Part shown: one piece after another, positions 60,882 to 64,000 of the stretch
Layout of the letters: the number at the start of each line of letters is the position of its first letter
How positions within the stretch are numbered: position 1 is the first letter of the stretch
From: Octopus vulgaris
Lineage: Eukaryota
Assembly: GCA_951406725.2 (NCBI GenBank)
Contig: OX597817.1
Coordinates: forward strand, 9,176,001-9,240,000
Direction: 5' to 3'
Length of the DNA: 64,000 nt
Notes under the pieces: model-generated
Told to the model about the DNA's origin: nothing
Seen by the model: the letters and a program-made list of their open reading frames with translations, nothing else
The model's database searches: none
Made by a program: the position numbers and the translations under genes

Positions 60882-61091
60882 CCCTTTAGTGTTCGTATTA
60901 TTCTGCCAAAATTAATGCTTTTTTATCCACATTGTTTTGAACTAATCATGCATTATCAGATTTTGATGAGGTAGCTGTTAATTTTTAAAACGATATTGTA
61001 GGGTTGGTGTAAAAGACCAGATAGGGCCAGTTTGAACATAAAACAAGCAGAATACTTTTGGCCGGATATGGCCGGTTTAAATGCTAAAGGG
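60882..61091. mobile_element. piggyBac-type MITE (P2)
   Basis: TTAA-CCCTTTAG...CTAAAGGG-TTAA. Confidence 0.85.
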
Positions 61092-61385
61092 TTAAGTTAC
61101 ATCTTTACATTCTGAGTTCAAATCTCATCAGAGACTTATGCTGGAGGAATGGTAAGTGTTGGCTTCTGCATAAAGGAAGACCAAGGAAGATATAGAAAAA
61201 GTGCTGAGGTGAAAGAGTTTAGAATGTTCACCACACGAAGTGCTGACTTATGATATGCCAGAATGGAAAAATGGTTATTAAAATTTAAAAGGGGTTTTGA
61301 AATGGAACCATTAATTTTCTTTCTCTTGTTTTATTTAATAAACTTCTGTAATTGTAATTGATTCTTGTGTCTTTTTCATTACCAG

Positions 61386-61500
61386 ACGAGAGAACGTTGA
61401 TGTAATTTTGGTTCCTCTAGCATACAATTTCAACCTAAAAGTGGTTGTAGCTCCACCTATTGTCTACAACAGGCCAACTAATTTGGAGCAGAAACCTCAG
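61386..61500 (+). CDS. VPS13B: VPS13B exon 20 (gene continues beyond the window)
   Basis: taccag|A CGA...CAG|gtgaga; phase 2 to 0; ILVPLAYNFNLKVVVAPPIVY. Confidence 0.88.
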
Positions 61501-62014
61501 GTGAGAAAATTAAGTATATGTTATTAAATACTATAGATATTTTAATTATTAAATGATATACATTTTAGAAGTGATTTTAGACATAAAATGGTAAATGACC
61601 CACTGATGGAACTCAACCTAGATATCTGTTGAGGATAAATAATTCAGAAGAAAATGGTTATTTCTAATATTAATATAGCACTGAAGTCTTAATATGTTGA
61701 TGGCATTAACCTCATCTTGAAAATTATTCTTTACACTGATGGTGGGAAGACTGAAGAACATGTTATGTGTATTATAGGACTCAGCAAGCCCCATCCATGC
61801 TACAAGTGACTACCCATCTAGACACACCAATAACAGATTAGCCATACTGCGCATTAAATTATGGATAAAGACAGTAACCATCCGTGAAACACCCAAACAG
61901 TGTATATCCCACTCACATTACAGAAAAACTATGACGAAACCACCAGTAATCAAGAAAGACTATTATGTTGAAAACTACTAAACCAAAACTTCTAAAGACA
62001 GATTGCACAATCTT

Positions 62015-63021
62015 CATCATCACCATCATCATCATCTTCGTCGTTTAATGTCCACTTTCCATGCTGGCATGGGTTGGACGGTTTGACTGAGGGCTGGTGA
62101 GCCACAAGGCTGCACTAGGCTCCAATCTGATCTGGCAAAGTTTCTGCAGCTGGATGCCCTTCCTAATGCCAACCACTCCAAGAGTGTAGTGGATGATTTT
62201 ACGTGCCACCAACATGAGGGCCTGTCAGGCGGTACTGGCATCAGAAGTGTTCAAATGGTGCTTTTTACATGCCACCTGCACAGGAGCCAGTCCGGCGGTA
62301 CTGGCAATGACCATGCTCGAATGGTGTTTTTCATGTGCCACTAGCACAGGAGCCAGTCAGGCGATGCTGGCAATGATCACATTCGAATGGTGCTTTTAAC
62401 GTTCCACTGGCACGGGTACCAATCAGGTGGTACTGTCATCGGCCACGACAACGATTTCACTTGCCTCAACAGGTTTTTGCAAGCATAGTTTATTGTCCAA
62501 TGATTGAAGGGTACTTTTAAATGGACTGGTTATACAGCACTGGCATAAGCCATGAGGTTATGGTCTCACTTGGCTTGCCGGGTCTTCTCAAGCACAGCAA
62601 ATCTCCAAAGGTCAACAACAAAAAGTTCGTCTCAAATGTACCAACCGCATGAACAGCAGAAGCACATCTAGGGCTTTTCCTCTGCATATTGTTATATGCC
62701 TATACATATAAAAGAATAGTGTTAGCATGTATAAAAGAGCCAAGAAAAGATTTGAAAATATTTTTAAAATGCTGGTGGAATGTAAAAAGCACCATCCGAG
62801 TGTGGCTGTTCGCCAGCCTTGTCTGGCACCTGTGTCGGTGGCACATAAAAAGCACCCACTACACTCATGGAGTGGTTGGCATTAGGAAGGGCATCCAGCT
62901 GTAGAAACACTGCCAGATCTGACTGGCCTGGTGCAGCCTTCGGGCTTCCCAGACCCCAGTTGAACCGTCCAACCCATGCCAGCAAGGAAAGTGGACGTTA
63001 AACGATGATGATGATGATGAT
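62015..63021. mobile_element. Two divergent RTE 3' UTR copies (minus 62015-62592, plus 62770-63021)
   Basis: Tails point outward; family core present in both. Confidence 0.82.
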
Positions 63022-63289
63022 GTCATAAATTTTAGAATAGTTAGAAAATAATGTAATAATATCATAATTAAGCCTAGTGGGTGGTATGATAACAAAAAAA
63101 AGTTTAACAGTGTAATGTGTGTTGATGTCACACTCAGGAGTGAAGTAGCTAATAACATAAAGAAAACGAATCTCAGTATTAAAGTTGTTGGGTGGGGGGT
63201 AAAAAAAAATAATCCAGAAAAACTAGTAGATCCATCAGATCAATCAAATATTTGTAAACTCTATCATTTTGCCCAGTACACCTCTATTT

Positions 63290-63687
63290 ACTCTTTACTC
63301 TTTTACATGTTTCAGTCATTTGACTGCGACCATGCTGGAGCACCGCCTTTAGTCGAGCAATTGACCCCTTATTCTTCGTAAGCCCAGTACTTATTCTATT
63401 GGTCTCTTTTGCCGAACCGCTAAGTGACGGGGATGTAAACACACCAGCATCGGTTGTCAAGCAAAGCTAGGGGGACAAACACAGATGCACAAACGCACAC
63501 ACACACATATATATACATATATATGACAGGGTTCTTTCAGTTTCCGTCTACCAAATCCATTCACAAGGCATTGGTCGGCCCGGGGCTATAGCAGAAGACA
63601 CTTGCCCAAGGTGCCACGCAGTGGGACTGAACCCGGAACCATGTGGTTGGTTAGCAAGCTACTTACCACACAGCCACTCCTGCGCCT
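63290..63687 (-). mobile_element. SINE family A, full length, antisense
   Basis: Reverse complement of the family consensus. Confidence 0.85.
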
Positions 63688-64000
63688 ATTTGTTGCATGT
63701 GTGCAACAAACCTACCTATCAACTACAAATTAAGAAATTTAGTGTAGCTTATAAAATGTTATGAAAGATTGTGTGCAAATCTCCCTGAAACTAACTAGGA
63801 GAGAAGGAAAACAGAAAGGAATTGAAAGTTACGAAAGACCCTCAAGTCTAAAGTTCAGAAAGCAATAATGCAGAAAACCCACCGGTCTAAGTTAAAAAAA
63901 TAAAAAAATAAAACTGAAAAAAAAGATTTTATCGCCCACAAAAGGACAGCAGAATAAAAGATATAAGAATTTATATATTAGACTGATCTACATATAGGCG

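Overview
Eukaryotic, AT-rich, repeat-dense genomic DNA. The SINE and LINE families look like those of Octopus (cephalopod); this is recognition from memory, not a database match. The only host gene is VPS13B (Cohen-syndrome gene orthologue, Chorein-N lipid-transfer protein) on the + strand. I traced 20 coding exons by hand from ATG 12666 to 61500. All are GT-AG and phase-compatible, giving 5181 nt / 1727 aa, and the gene continues past the window. A non-coding first exon may lie near 5530-5670. Introns and upstream DNA contain four tRNA-type SINE families, about 20 5'-truncated RTE LINE 3' ends, CR1-, Tx1- and R4/Dong-type LINE fragments, Helitrons, a deleted piggyBac with its MITEs, and a mariner relic. 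Most short ORFs in the supplied track are repeat artefacts. There is no prokaryotic system or CRISPR array. The most notable observations are: (1) three different minimal hammerhead-ribozyme motifs in (TA)n-embedded, partly inverted-repeat elements, probably Penelope-like, inside VPS13B introns; (2) a tandemly amplified hairpin plus pseudoknot-like module in the RTE 3' UTR; (3) a decayed copy of part of exon 18 in the preceding intron; (4) an 18S rRNA fragment next to a Tx1 LINE; (5) a PHD finger inside an RTE reverse transcriptase. Repeat boundaries were set by eye and are approximate.
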